From: an uncultured Chloroflexia bacterium
GTDB lineage: Bacteria > Chloroflexota > UBA6077 > JACCZL01
Assembly (NCBI GenBank): GCA_963765765.1
Contig: CAVXYC010000018.1
Coordinates: forward strand, 139,002 to 203,001
Length of the DNA: 64,000 bases
Reading direction: 5' to 3'
Each line of letters begins with the position of its first letter. Positions within the stretch are counted from its first letter, which is position 1. Both the position numbers and the translations under genes were made by a program. The notes under the pieces are model-generated. The model was not told the origin of the DNA. It ran no database searches and saw only the letters and a list, made by a program, of their open reading frames with translations. Shown here in pieces: positions 32,946-43,183 of this stretch.

Positions 32946-33765
32946 GGAGGGATGCGTCCGCGTCCCGCTGCTGACTACTCATTCCTTTCTGGGCATTTCC
33001 GAAGGCCGCCATCAGGCCGGGGTCGCGCAGGAGACTGAACTGCCAGAACGCCTCGTCCGGGCTATCCAGGATGAAGTACACCGCGCCTTCCAGGCCGGGC
33101 GTCTCCGCCAGATCGCGGCATACGCGATCGAACGGCACGCGGTTGAACTCGGTCACCAGCAGCGGCCGCTGGATGCCCGCCATCTCCAGCATCTCTCGGC
33201 AGCGTCGGTGCAGCCCCCAGCCATCCGCGTAGGCGTGCACGTCCACCACGTCATAGAGCGGAATCACCGGCTCCAGCTCACGCCAGTACTGGATGGCGCG
33301 CTCGCTGTTCTCGCCCGTCCAGCCGCTCCACGGAGCCGGCAGATGCAGGCGATCCTGCGGTCGCAGCGCGCGATAGACCTCCGCAAACGCGCTGAGCCAG
33401 GTGCGATGACGAGCGTAATCGTCGTGCCCGTTCTCCGCCGCGCCCGGCCAGTTCATCTCATTGGCCGGGATCACCTCACCGGTGCTGGACTCAAAGAACA
33501 CCGTGGCGCGGCGAGCACATTCCACCGCCCAGGCAGCCGGGTCGCGTTGCGGAATATCGCGCGCGTAGCAGCGCAGCAGTGGCACGCTGCCGCGCGCTCG
33601 AAGTCGGGCCGCCAGCGTGCTGTGCTGGCCCAGCCCCTCCCACTCCTGTATGTCATGCGCCAGAAACAGCGTGTGCCGCGGCCGCAGCCGCGCCAACGCC
33701 CCCAGCGTCGGCCGATCATACGCCCCGGCCACATTAGGGGTTTGAATACCTAAGAGATGCTGCAT
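32929..33765 (-). CDS. Clan GH-A-like glycoside hydrolase
   Basis: ANEMN acid/base-like, DVHAY, VTEFN nucleophile-like motifs. Confidence 0.6.
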   Translation of the reverse strand: MQHLLGIQTPNVAGAYDRPTLGALARLRPRHTLFLAHDIQEWEGLGQHSTLAARLRARGSVPLLRCYARDIPQRDPAAWAVECARRATVFFESSTGEVIPANEMNWPGAAENGHDDYARHRTWLSAFAEVYRALRPQDRLHLPAPWSGWTGENSERAIQYWRELEPVIPLYDVVDVHAYADGWGLHRRCREMLEMAGIQRPLLVTEFNRVPFDRVCRDLAETPGLEGAVYFILDSPDEAFWQFSLLRDPGLMAAFGNAQKGMSSQQRDADASLPTHYL

Positions 33766-33780
33766 AAATCCCTTCCAGAC

Positions 33781-33879
33781 GGCCCCCTCCCCGCGCACGG
33801 GGAGGCATGGGTGGGGTCGTCCCTCGCTCGCTTATAGCTAGGAGACCCCCTCAGTCCCCCCATGCGCGGGGGGAAGGCG
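33781..33879. repeat. CCCCCTCCCCGCGCACGGGGAG inverted pair, intergenic
   Basis: Nearly identical to 27638-27680. Confidence 0.8.
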
Positions 33880-33890
33880 GTTATTGAGCG

Positions 33891-34757
33891 CTAGGCGTTA
33901 TTGATTCCTTTGATTCGGGCCAGGGCGGAGTCGCGCAGGATGGCGATGCTCACGTACCAGCGGATGCGCACGCGGGTGGCGTCCTTGGTCTGGAGCTGGC
34001 CCACGTCCAGCACCTCCAGGCCGCCGTTCTGCAGACCCACCACGCCGTCACCTTCATCGAAGTGGATGGCGTAGATGCTGGAGGTGGCGTTGTCCGTGCC
34101 CTGCGTCTCCGCATCAGGCTGGAAATCGCTAATCTCCACGGGCACGCCGTCGTACAGCATGACCTGTCGACCAAACGCGTTCTCACCGCGCTCCACGTAG
34201 TGCGCGCTGGCCTGCAGCAAGCTCTTCAGCTTGCGACGCGTCCGTCGACTCATCAACAGCAGCGTGGGCTTGCCGCCCAGAATCAGGTCCATCACCTGAT
34301 CCAGCAGCGCCAGCGTCAGCGGCCCGCCGTTGGTCGCCACGCTGATCGTCTGACCCGCGGCCACCTGCTTGCGAATGCCGTCGAACGCGTTCGCATCCAC
34401 GCCGGTATCGCCGGTGATGAACGTGTCCTCAAACTTGCGGGCCACGCTCTTGGCCTTGAGCTGAGTCTGGATAGCCTGCTGATTCTGGAGACTGGAGCGC
34501 GTGCGCTGGATGAAGTTATCCACGTCCGCGTCGCCACCCAGAATCGCCAGACTGGCCGTCTTGTTGGAGAACGTGCTGGTGGCCTCCGTCCAGGTGCCAT
34601 CCACCGCGTAGAACGCCGCGCCACCCAGCACATTCTCCTGGTTGTATTTGTAAAACTGGACACAATGTGCTCGTCCTGACGTGGACCGACCGAAACGAGG
34701 CGGCCTCGAAGGGGGTCTGAGAGGCCTTGGGACAGCCTCAACGCTCTGGCAAATCAC
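33891..34757 (-). CDS. Phage major capsid protein with atypical N-terminus
   Basis: YNQE, ILGGDADVDNF, FITGD..FDG, LLMSRR, GVP, KDATRVRIRWY; RBS GAGGAG 5 nt before GTG. Confidence 0.85.
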   Translation of the reverse strand: MICQSVEAVPRPLRPPSRPPRFGRSTSGRAHCVQFYKYNQENVLGGAAFYAVDGTWTEATSTFSNKTASLAILGGDADVDNFIQRTRSSLQNQQAIQTQLKAKSVARKFEDTFITGDTGVDANAFDGIRKQVAAGQTISVATNGGPLTLALLDQVMDLILGGKPTLLLMSRRTRRKLKSLLQASAHYVERGENAFGRQVMLYDGVPVEISDFQPDAETQGTDNATSSIYAIHFDEGDGVVGLQNGGLEVLDVGQLQTKDATRVRIRWYVSIAILRDSALARIKGINNA

Positions 34758-34784
34758 TCCGACTCCTCACACTCTTCATCACTT

Positions 34785-34802
34785 ATAGAACTTATGTTCT
34801 AT
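34785..34802. promoter_or_regulatory. LexA (SOS) box, Gram-positive/Chloroflexi type
   Basis: ATAGAAC-TTAT-GTTCTAT perfect 7-bp arms, overlapping a TATAAG -10-like hexamer on the minus strand. Confidence 0.8.
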
Positions 34803-34835
34803 TTCTAGAGTAGTCCTTAGTGGTCCCTTGATGCG

Positions 34836-35160
34836 TCATGAGGCGCACCAATCCGGGCATTCTGGCGACGGAAATAACCCCTGTCGCAGATCGGAAGTTA
34901 TGGGTAGTGAGGCGGGTGGCTGGCGCCGCGACGCTAGCGCCGGTTCTCGAGGAAGCTCGATCAAGCCGCGACGAAGAGCGACCGCGAGGGCCGCTTGCGC
35001 CGTGTGGCAACCCAGTCGCTTCATTGCGGAGCGGACGTGCGTCCGAACCGTGTGCTCGCTCAGGACGAGCTGGTCAGCGATCGCCCGTCGCGACTTGCCA
35101 AGAGCCAGGAGGCTGAGCACTTCTCGCTCACGTGGCCGCAGGTACGGCTCGTTGTTACCG
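34836..35160 (-). CDS. LuxR-type HTH protein (start unclear)
   Basis: LRPREREVLSLLALGKSRRAIADQLVLSEHTVRTHV. Confidence 0.8.
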
Positions 35161-35187
35161 GCTCGACCCAGAATGATTCCAGGTTCC

Positions 35188-35970
35188 TCAGGGCAACTCG
35201 AGGACGGGCTGGAAGTGCTTTTGCTCGCACCACGAGCTGCCTAAGAGCTGAGAGGTCCGCTCGTGCAGAATCTCTTCGTGAGCCCCTGCTGGCATGATGC
35301 AGAAAAGCCTGCGTGAGCCGCGACAAAACTGGACAGCCCAGACTCGATTGACATTCAGTCGTTCACGGATCTCCGCAATCCGACGGCGAGCTTGCACCTC
35401 GGCCGATGCCCTCCGGTCGACATGCTGATACACCACGAGACTTTGGCCACGCTGCAGGAACGGCAGTAGCTCATCGAAGAACGCGTATTTAGGCCCGCGC
35501 GCGCGGAACGGCCCCGTGGAACCGACCTGGAGCCCGTTATCGGGATCGACGAACACAAGCTCACACCCCTGAGTGGCCGCCATAGCGTCCTGGACCCACG
35601 TGTGCCTATAAATCCGGCGCTCGCCAGGCACCATATCCCGAAATGAGAGTTGTTCGGCGAAGTATCGAGTCGAGCTCGGGAAGAGATTAAGCTCGTGGAT
35701 CGCAGAGACACGACGCTCTCCTCGCGTAATCAGTGTCGCGAGTCGCTCGTACAAGTCAGGGTCGCAACTCCTGAACCGAGCATTTAAGAGATTCTCACCG
35801 AGCAGGTAGGAAACATGCTTCCCGTCATCATTGTGGGACTCGTCGGGCACCAAGTACCAAACGATCCCCAAATCGAGAAAGGGCTCCGCTCGCGGCTCGA
35901 CCCCGCAGAGCCACCGAAGAAGTCCGAACTTTCCGAAGTCGCCCACGTCACCCGCGTATCGGTCCTGCAC
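35188..35970 (-). CDS. Conserved hypothetical protein, possible methyltransferase-like fold
   Basis: MQDRYAGDVGDFGKFGLLR, VFVDPDNG, VVYQH. Confidence 0.65.
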   Translation of the reverse strand: MQDRYAGDVGDFGKFGLLRWLCGVEPRAEPFLDLGIVWYLVPDESHNDDGKHVSYLLGENLLNARFRSCDPDLYERLATLITRGERRVSAIHELNLFPSSTRYFAEQLSFRDMVPGERRIYRHTWVQDAMAATQGCELVFVDPDNGLQVGSTGPFRARGPKYAFFDELLPFLQRGQSLVVYQHVDRRASAEVQARRRIAEIRERLNVNRVWAVQFCRGSRRLFCIMPAGAHEEILHERTSQLLGSSWCEQKHFQPVLELP

Positions 35971-36251
35971 GAATGTTTACTCCACAACCCATCCGGCGTT
36001 TCACAAGGATCGCCCTGACTTCAGGCCGATCAGAGGTGCCGCGAGCAGCGAGCCGATTTGCTCCTGCAATGCACTTGAGGACGTAATGACGACCACGTTG
36101 TCAGACGATGGCTACAGAACACCGTCCGCAGCGTCCAGAGCGTCCAGGCCACAATCCCCAGACTGGGCGCTGTGGACGGTGTGGACGCTGTGCGGGGCCC
36201 CTGTTTGGAGGACGAGTCGAAATTGTTCGCGATGGGCCTGGCGCGTTCGCC

Positions 36252-36527
36252 TTAACTTGCTGATCGCGGTGACCAGGGGGTGTCGAGATCTGCCGGCAGT
36301 GCTCGATCAGGTCGCGGCCGCATCGCGGTCGTCGAATCCACCGGCTCGAGCTCTTCGGGGATGTCGGGAGCGGCGCGCTCGAGCTGGTTGTACGCGGTCT
36401 CGACGTCAGTGCTTGACTCGGATGGAGCCCGCAGTGCGGAATCAAGTTCCACGAAGATCGCCCCCTCGTCCGTGATCCCGTCGACCGAGATAAGCGTGCC
36501 GGTCCTGTCGAGCGTGAGGATCTTCAC
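36252..36527 (-). CDS. Hypothetical protein
   Basis: 91-aa acidic ORF, no recognisable motif. Confidence 0.35.
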   Translation of the reverse strand: MKILTLDRTGTLISVDGITDEGAIFVELDSALRAPSESSTDVETAYNQLERAAPDIPEELEPVDSTTAMRPRPDRALPADLDTPWSPRSAS

Positions 36528-36605
36528 TCGTTAGAGCCACCGACGGGGTCCAGTTACTTCGTGCCATCGGTTCCTCCTTCTTCGCGGTTACAGGACGAGC
36601 AGGTC

Positions 36606-36757
36606 TGCGATGCGTCCTACCCCGACCGTCTGCATTCCGCCGCCTTCCGACCCCGAACTCGACTGTCCGGAGATCCCCCACCGTGGCTTCGCGGTTAGGC
36701 CACCCGACCCGCACCAATTGACGCCGACCGGGACAGGGATCTAGCTGCGAGCGCTAG
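36606..36757 (+). pseudogene. Excalibur-like Cys/Ca-binding domain remnant
   Basis: CDASYPTVCIPPPSDPELDCPEIPHRGFAVRPPDPH. Confidence 0.6.
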
Positions 36758-37221
36758 GCGCCTCAAATACCTGTATGTACTCGAGCTCCACGTGCACCAG
36801 TGAATCAACACCACGGTACCACACCACTAAACATAATGAAAGATGTCACTATAGGGCCCCGCGGCTATGATCCCGAGTTGATGAGCAAAGCTGTGTCCCT
36901 GCCACGGGCTCGTGTCCTGCGGTGCGAGTTAGCAGGTCCACAATCGTCGCTTGATAGGGCACGCCGTGCCGCAGCACGTAGATAATGGGGCCCAGCACTC
37001 TGTCGACTGCGTCGCCAGTTGGGGCCGCCGTGGCGGTACCGGATGGCGTTGATTGCGTCTTTCGGGTCGGCGCCCGCGCAGCCCCGGTCTGCTGGACTCA
37101 TGCCTCGTCAGCATATCCTCGGGATCTACGGTTCCGGGCGGTACATTCGTTGCTGGAATGCTCGCGCACGACTATGATCGCGGTACATGCTGGAAGCCAT
37201 GCACCGGGGAACTGAGTACGG

Positions 37222-38194
37222 ATGACAGCGACCGAGAATGGCGACAAAGAGGGCTCGGCGCCTTACGATGGGTTGCCCGGAGTTACCTTGCATCAGCTTC
37301 GCATCTTCCGGGCAATCGTCAACGAGGGCGGTTTTGCGCGGGCCGCTGAGGCGCTTTTTCCTCCGAGGCCACCGTTTCGAATCAGATCAAGACGCTGGAG
37401 CAGGTTTTGCAGGCGCGTCTGTTTGAGCGGGCTCCCGGCCAACGCAAAGTCCAGCTTACGGCCGCTGGACAAATGTTCTTCCAGACGAGTACCGAGGAAT
37501 GTTTGACGTGCTCCGGCAGGGCTTTGACCGGATCACCTCGCTAACCAACGGTCAACACGCCTCGGTCAGTGTCGGCACAGCATCGTTCTTTGGCGTCCAC
37601 GTATTGCCACGACTGTGCGAGTCATTTAGGCGTGAGCATCCAAGCGTCATGGTGCGCGCCGTTTTGGAGTCCAGGCGAAGCGTTCTCGACCAGCTTCGAC
37701 ACCGGCATCTGGATCTTGCCGTGGTTATCGGCGGAGTGGAGGACCCGGAGCTCGTGTGTAATTCGCTAATGCGCTTTGAGATGGTGCTCGTAGCGGCTAC
37801 CGGCCATCCGCTGGCCGGGCGACGCTCCGTATCTCTCCAGGACCTAAAAGCGGAGACGTGGATTCTCGGCGACGAGACGAGCGACCTCGCGGAAGTGGCT
37901 CGAGCAGCTTGCCGCTGAGGCCCACCTGCGATTGAACGTCGCCCTGGAAGCGAATAACGTCGACGTTCGACTGCAAGCGGTCAGAGCCCGGCCTGGGCAT
38001 CGCCCCACTTGGTCACTCCGCGGTGATCAAGGCCGTTGAGTCCGGAGAGCTCGAGCTTCTGAACGCCGAGAATTTTCCCTTCTACGAGGAATGGTGCTCT
38101 GGTTTCTTCGCGAGACCCACTGTCCCCAACAGCACAAACTTTCAAAGAGCACATCTTGCACCATTGCAACGATGAGCGGTCCGTCAGGCCCTGA
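37222..38194 (+). CDS. LysR-family regulator, several frameshifts
   Basis: TLHQLRIF..GGFARAAEAL, QIKTLE, FRREHP, LDLAV. Confidence 0.85.
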
Positions 38195-38263
38195 ATTACT
38201 TCATCGACCGGAAGCAATGCGTGGACATCGCGCTGCAAGGACAGCGTGAGAGACAGGATCTCC

Positions 38264-38849
38264 ATGGCGCCCGGAAAGTCCGGCCTACGACGCCGTCACA
38301 CCCAACGCCCACCCGCTCGATCTTGATAAGGCCCGTTCACTACTCCAGCAGGCGGGAGTTCCCAACATCGATTTGACTTCGTCTATAACGTAGATCCGAC
38401 ATCGGTCAGTTTGCCCAGATTTACCAGCAAAATCTCGCCAGCATCGGGGTCAAGATGCATATCGTGCCGCTCGAGAGCGCGTCGGTTGCGGCCGCGGCGC
38501 AGGGGCGCACGTACAGTGGGATCTACGGCGGCTCGAATCTTCAGCACCCAATTCTCGGAGCCCAGCACGGTCCTGCAGCGCAGCGTATCTTGTGGTCCCG
38601 CAGAACAACCGATCGGGATTCAAAGACGATCGCTATAACGCTCTGGTGGACCAGCTAGCCACTGAGCCTAATCTCGCGAAGCAAAAAGAGCCTGTGTCCT
38701 ATCGCAAACGCCATGATCCGCGATGAGGCGTTCACCTGCGCCGTGGCAGTTGCGCAAACTATCTAATGACGCAACCAAAGGTCCACGACCCCACCTGGGG
38801 GTGCGGTGTGAACTCGAGATTGAAGCTCACCGATACGTGGGTGAGCTAG
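38264..38849 (+). pseudogene. Peptide ABC substrate-binding protein remnant
   Basis: LDLDKARSLLQQAG fragment, multiple stops. Confidence 0.55.
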
Positions 38850-38889
38850 CCATCGGCTCCCGGCGGCCGGCCCTAGCCCGAGCCCATCT

Positions 38890-40047
38890 GTGACTCGCTT
38901 TATCGTTCATCGCTTCTGGCAGGCCTCCTGTCGCTGTTCAACTCGAGCGTGGGCGTCTTCTTGCTCCTGCGACTGCTTCGGGTGATCCACGCTGATGCTG
39001 GCCGGCACGGAAGCGTCAAGTCCCGAGGCCGTGACGGCAAATACGCCGCGACCTGGGACTGGAGGAGCCATTGCCCGTCCAGTCTGGGCTCTGGTTGAGC
39101 CGCGTCCTGCGAGGCGATCTCGGGACATCCGCGCAGAGCAATTTCCCGGTGTCGCGCCTGATCATTGAGCGTGCGCCCGCTACCATGGAGCTCACCTTCC
39201 CGGGCTTCATCCTGTCTGCCCTGATCGGCCTGGCGCTCGGAATCAAGGCGGTGGTCAAACAGCACAGCGCCATCGACTGGGCCATCCCTACGTTCATGGG
39301 ATTCGCAATCGCAACCCCGAAGTTTTGGCTGGGCATTCTCTGCATCATGCTCTTTGCGCTGGTGTTGGGGTGGCTCCCGGCGGGCGGCCACGGTGACTTC
39401 ACTCGTGATCCGGTGCAGGCGCTCAAGTTGCTGTTGCTGCCAGCCGCCTGCCTGGCGCTCCATCCTGGGGTGGGGTTGTCGAGCTTGGTAAAAGCTTCCA
39501 TGCTAGAAGTGCTCTATGAGGACTACATTCGTACCGTCCGTGCAAAGGGTGTGGCCAATGGTAGCGTTATTCTGGGCCACATGCTACGCCTCGCTCCGTC
39601 TCAATCATTACGGCGCTTGGTCCCGAGTTCGGTCGGGTATTGGGCGGAACTGTGATCATTGAGAACGTCTTGATTAGGCCCGGGGATGGGCACGTCGATG
39701 GTTCACGCCATCCGCAACCGCGACTATGTGGAGGCCGCTCGCGCGATTGGCGCGTCAAGTGCCCGCATCATGTGGCTCCACGTGCTGCCGAACGCCGTGG
39801 CCCTGTTCTGACCCAGTTGAGCCTCGTCATGGGGTTCGCCGTACTGGCCGAATCAGAGCTTTCCTTTCTGGGGCTAGGAACACATCCGCCGGACCCAGCC
39901 TGGGATCCCATGCTCAATGAAAGCCGCAACCACATCCGACAGGCACCGTCGTTCGGGATATGGCCTGCCTGGCGCTGGCTCTCCTGCCGCTTGGTCTGAA
40001 CTACTTCTCGGACGCGCTGCGAGATGCTCTCGATCCGCAGCGCGTGA
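38890..40047 (+). pseudogene. DppB/DppC-type permeases, degraded and fused
   Basis: GDLGTS, PATMEL, EDYIRTVRAKG, then YVEAARAIGA, ESELSFLGLG. Confidence 0.75.
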
Positions 40048-40280
40048 ACGGCTAGGAGTCAATGAGGCTACTGCTACTCGGTGCGGCCGGGCAATGATCA
40101 CCGGCCCGCAACAATTACTTCGGAATTTGGCTATTGCCCAGGGCCAACGCCGCTGGTAGTTTGGACCCACGGGCGCGGACCGTCCGCGGAAGCAGTCGAA
40201 CCCCGGCGGTACAGCCACGTGGCCACGCGACGTACTGCGTAGGAGTACGGTCGCATCTTCAAATGCATGAGGAGTCATTC

Positions 40281-41344
40281 ATGACAACTGAGGCCCCAAG
40301 CCACGGCGGCAGCATCGCAAGCAAGACCGGGATTTTGATCTCATCAGATAGTCACGTCATCGAGCCGCACGACCTGTGGACGAAGGCGCTGGGAGGGCGG
40401 TTCGGTAATCGAGCCCCCGCGTTCGAGCCTTTGAAAAAGGGCGAGGGGTCCACTTCCACGCCGGTGGTCAGGATCCGCATGCTCGCGTCAAGGAGATGGC
40501 TCAGGACGGCGTGAGCGCCGAGGTGCTGTACCCAACCGTGGTACTGGGCATGTTTGGGGAAGATGACGTAGAGCTCCAGGAAGCATGTTTTCAGGTCTAC
40601 AACGATTGGCTCATGGAATATTGCGCGGTTGCTCCAGAGCGACTCGTGGGCATTGCAGCGATCTCGACCTACAACATTGACCATGCCGTTCAGGAGCTAA
40701 GGCGCTGCCACGCAGCGGCCTCCGAGGGGGTTTGATCTGGGAGGCGCCAGCATCCCAGCCTGCCGTTCACATCGGAGCACTACGAGCGGCTCTGGGCAGT
40801 GGCTGCCGATTTGCAAATGCCGATCACGATGCATATCTTGACGGGTCACGGATACATGAAGCAGCCGCGCACGGGGCTCGAGATCCATCGCGGCAGTGTG
40901 ACACTGAAGACGCTCGAGGCACTCGAATGCCGTGTTTGACTTCATCTTCTACGGCGCCCTGGATCGTCACCCCGGTCTCAAGCTGGTGATGGTTGAGCAC
41001 GAGATCGGGTGGCTCCCATTTCTGGTCCAACAAATGGATTACTACGCGCAGCGCCACGCCAGACGGCACGGTTGGGCGTTGTCGAAGCTACCGGGCGCAT
41101 ATGTCAATGATCAAGTGTACGCCACGTTCTTCAACGATCCCATTGGCACGTTCACACTTCAACGGTGGGAGGCGACAACTGTATGTGGTCCAGTGACTGC
41201 CCACACGAGAACTCCACCTGGCCGCATTCTCTGGACGTCATCGCACGCGACCTGGGTGATTTGCCGGAAAGCACGCTCCATAAACTGGTGCGGGAGAACG
41301 TAGACCGGCTGTACAACCTCCGCGTCCCCGAACCGATCGCCTGA
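40281..41344 (+). CDS. Amidohydrolase family protein, frameshifted
   Basis: ISSDSHVIEP, DGVSAEVLYPT, YNDWL, EIGWLP. Confidence 0.85.
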
Positions 41345-41374
41345 AGCCCCTCATGATGTGGAGATACGCGATGC

Positions 41375-42150
41375 ATGTCCTTTCTCGACATTGCCGGCAC
41401 CCAGATTTCGTATGAAGACGCTGGCGGCGGCGGGAGACCAGTGGTTCTCATTTTTATCCCGGCGCCGCGACCAGTGAGTGCTAGGAGAATAAGCTACCGG
41501 CGTTCTCCGAGCCGGGTTTCGCTGTATCACTTACCACCTGCGTGGTCGTGGGTAATCACGCTTCCTATCGGAAGATTCGGACCCCGGCTGCGCCAGCGAT
41601 GATCTCGATGCTCTGGCGCGGCATCTCCAGCTGGAGCGCTTCATGATCGCGGCTGCGGCCTACGGTGGGTTCGCGGCCACCGATTTCGCGCTTCGTTTTC
41701 CTGAGCGGATAGCTGCCTTTGTGCTGGCCACAAGCCATGCAGAATTGGTGGATCCGAAGTACCCGGATGCGCGCCAACGCATTGCTGGACCGGAGCTGCG
41801 CGTGCTACCTGTGCATTTCCGCGAACTCGGACCATCGTATCGCGCTGAGAACCCAGAAGGAGTCGAGCGCTGGATAGCAATCGAACATGCCGCCGGGCGG
41901 CCACCCAGGCAGCAGAGGCTGCACTTCCAGATCACGCTACCCATGCTGGAAACCCTGTCCGTGCCCACACTGGTCTTGGCAGGTGACCCCGATCTGCTCA
42001 CCCCTCCGGGGATCATACGGATGGTGGCGGCACGAATCCCGAGTTGTGAGTTCGCCGCTATACCAGAAGACCGGGCACTCGGCTCACTGGGAACGCCCGG
42101 ACGAATGGAACCACATCGTGCTGGAATTTCTCAGGCGCCACGCGGGCTGA
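41375..42150 (+). CDS. Alpha/beta hydrolase, frameshifted
   Basis: YEDAGG, AAYGG, PTLVLAGDPDL, GHSAHWERP. Confidence 0.75.
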
Positions 42151-42308
42151 TGCGGCGTTTGGACCCATTACTGATACTTAGTCTGAACATGGGCGGGCGT
42201 GACCCGGCGCCAGCGCCCAACGCCGGCCTTCCCGACAGCCATATTACCGGTCCGTTGGCTCAGCAGCCGTGTCTAACGCGCTACGAGCTTGATTGGAAAC
42301 TGTGACTT

Positions 42309-43160
42309 ATGGCGCCCATCATTGATGGACACGCTCACGCGGTCGCGATTAACATCGAGCGCTACCCGCGCGATCCATTGGACGGTCGACTCCCCAACAG
42401 GCTTGCTGAACGGGCGGCAACGGGACCCGAGCTAGTGGCAATGATGGACGCTGCGGGAGTAGCGAAGGCCGTCCTCATCCAACTGGTACTGGTGGACGGT
42501 CGTCGGAATGACTATCTGGGCAATCTGGCTCGTGAATATCCCAGATCGATTTGCCCGGTGGGCTGCTTGGACATGCTTGCACCGGACGCGGCGAATCGAC
42601 TGCGCTACTGGGTGGAGGAGCGAGGGGCCGAGGGCTTCCGTCTTTCTTCCATTGGCGCCGTCCGGGAGGCGAGATGGCCTGGCTTGAACGGCCAGAAGTG
42701 TGGACCGAGGCGGATCGGCTCGGCGCCGTCCTGTGCGCCCATTTCTCCGGGGCCGTGGAGGCCGGGAGCATCGGTGGCTTGCAAGCTATGCTGATCGATA
42801 CCCCGGGGTCAGCGTGATCCTGGACCACGTGGGCAACCCTCCATGGGGCGAGGGGCCGCCGCACTACGGAATGGGCCAGGTGCTCGAGTTCGCCGAATTC
42901 CCCAATCTCTTCGTGAAGGTTTCGACGATCAACCTGAACCGTATGCAGGCCGCCGGCGTTGCCGCCGAGACGCCCATGGCGCTGCTGGTCGGCGCCTTCG
43001 GAGCGCGGCGTCTTCTGTGGGGCTCCGATATGCTCAACACCCTGGTGAATACGAGGACATGATCCAGCGCATGAACGCGGCCCTGGCCGGGCTGACCGAG
43101 GAAGATCGAGGCCGGGTCCTCGCGGGCACGACACGCGCACTGTTTCCCCAATTCCAATGA
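42309..43160 (+). CDS. Amidohydrolase_2 family protein, frameshifted
   Basis: IIDGHAH, ILDHVG, LWGSD. Confidence 0.8.
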
Positions 43161-43183
43161 CCTTCACAAGACGGAGGACTGAC

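Noticed and set aside
31013-34679. Long plus-strand ORFs (261, 271, 271, 205 aa)
   Set aside because: Antisense shadows of high-GC minus-strand genes.
30422-36600. Complete prophage or DGR
   Set aside because: No integrase, terminase, portal, tRNA/att pair, reverse transcriptase or TR/VR pair was recognised.
36865-37101. IS5-like transposase remnant (INAIRY..G..WR)
   Set aside because: Too short, with no DDE region or terminal repeats visible.
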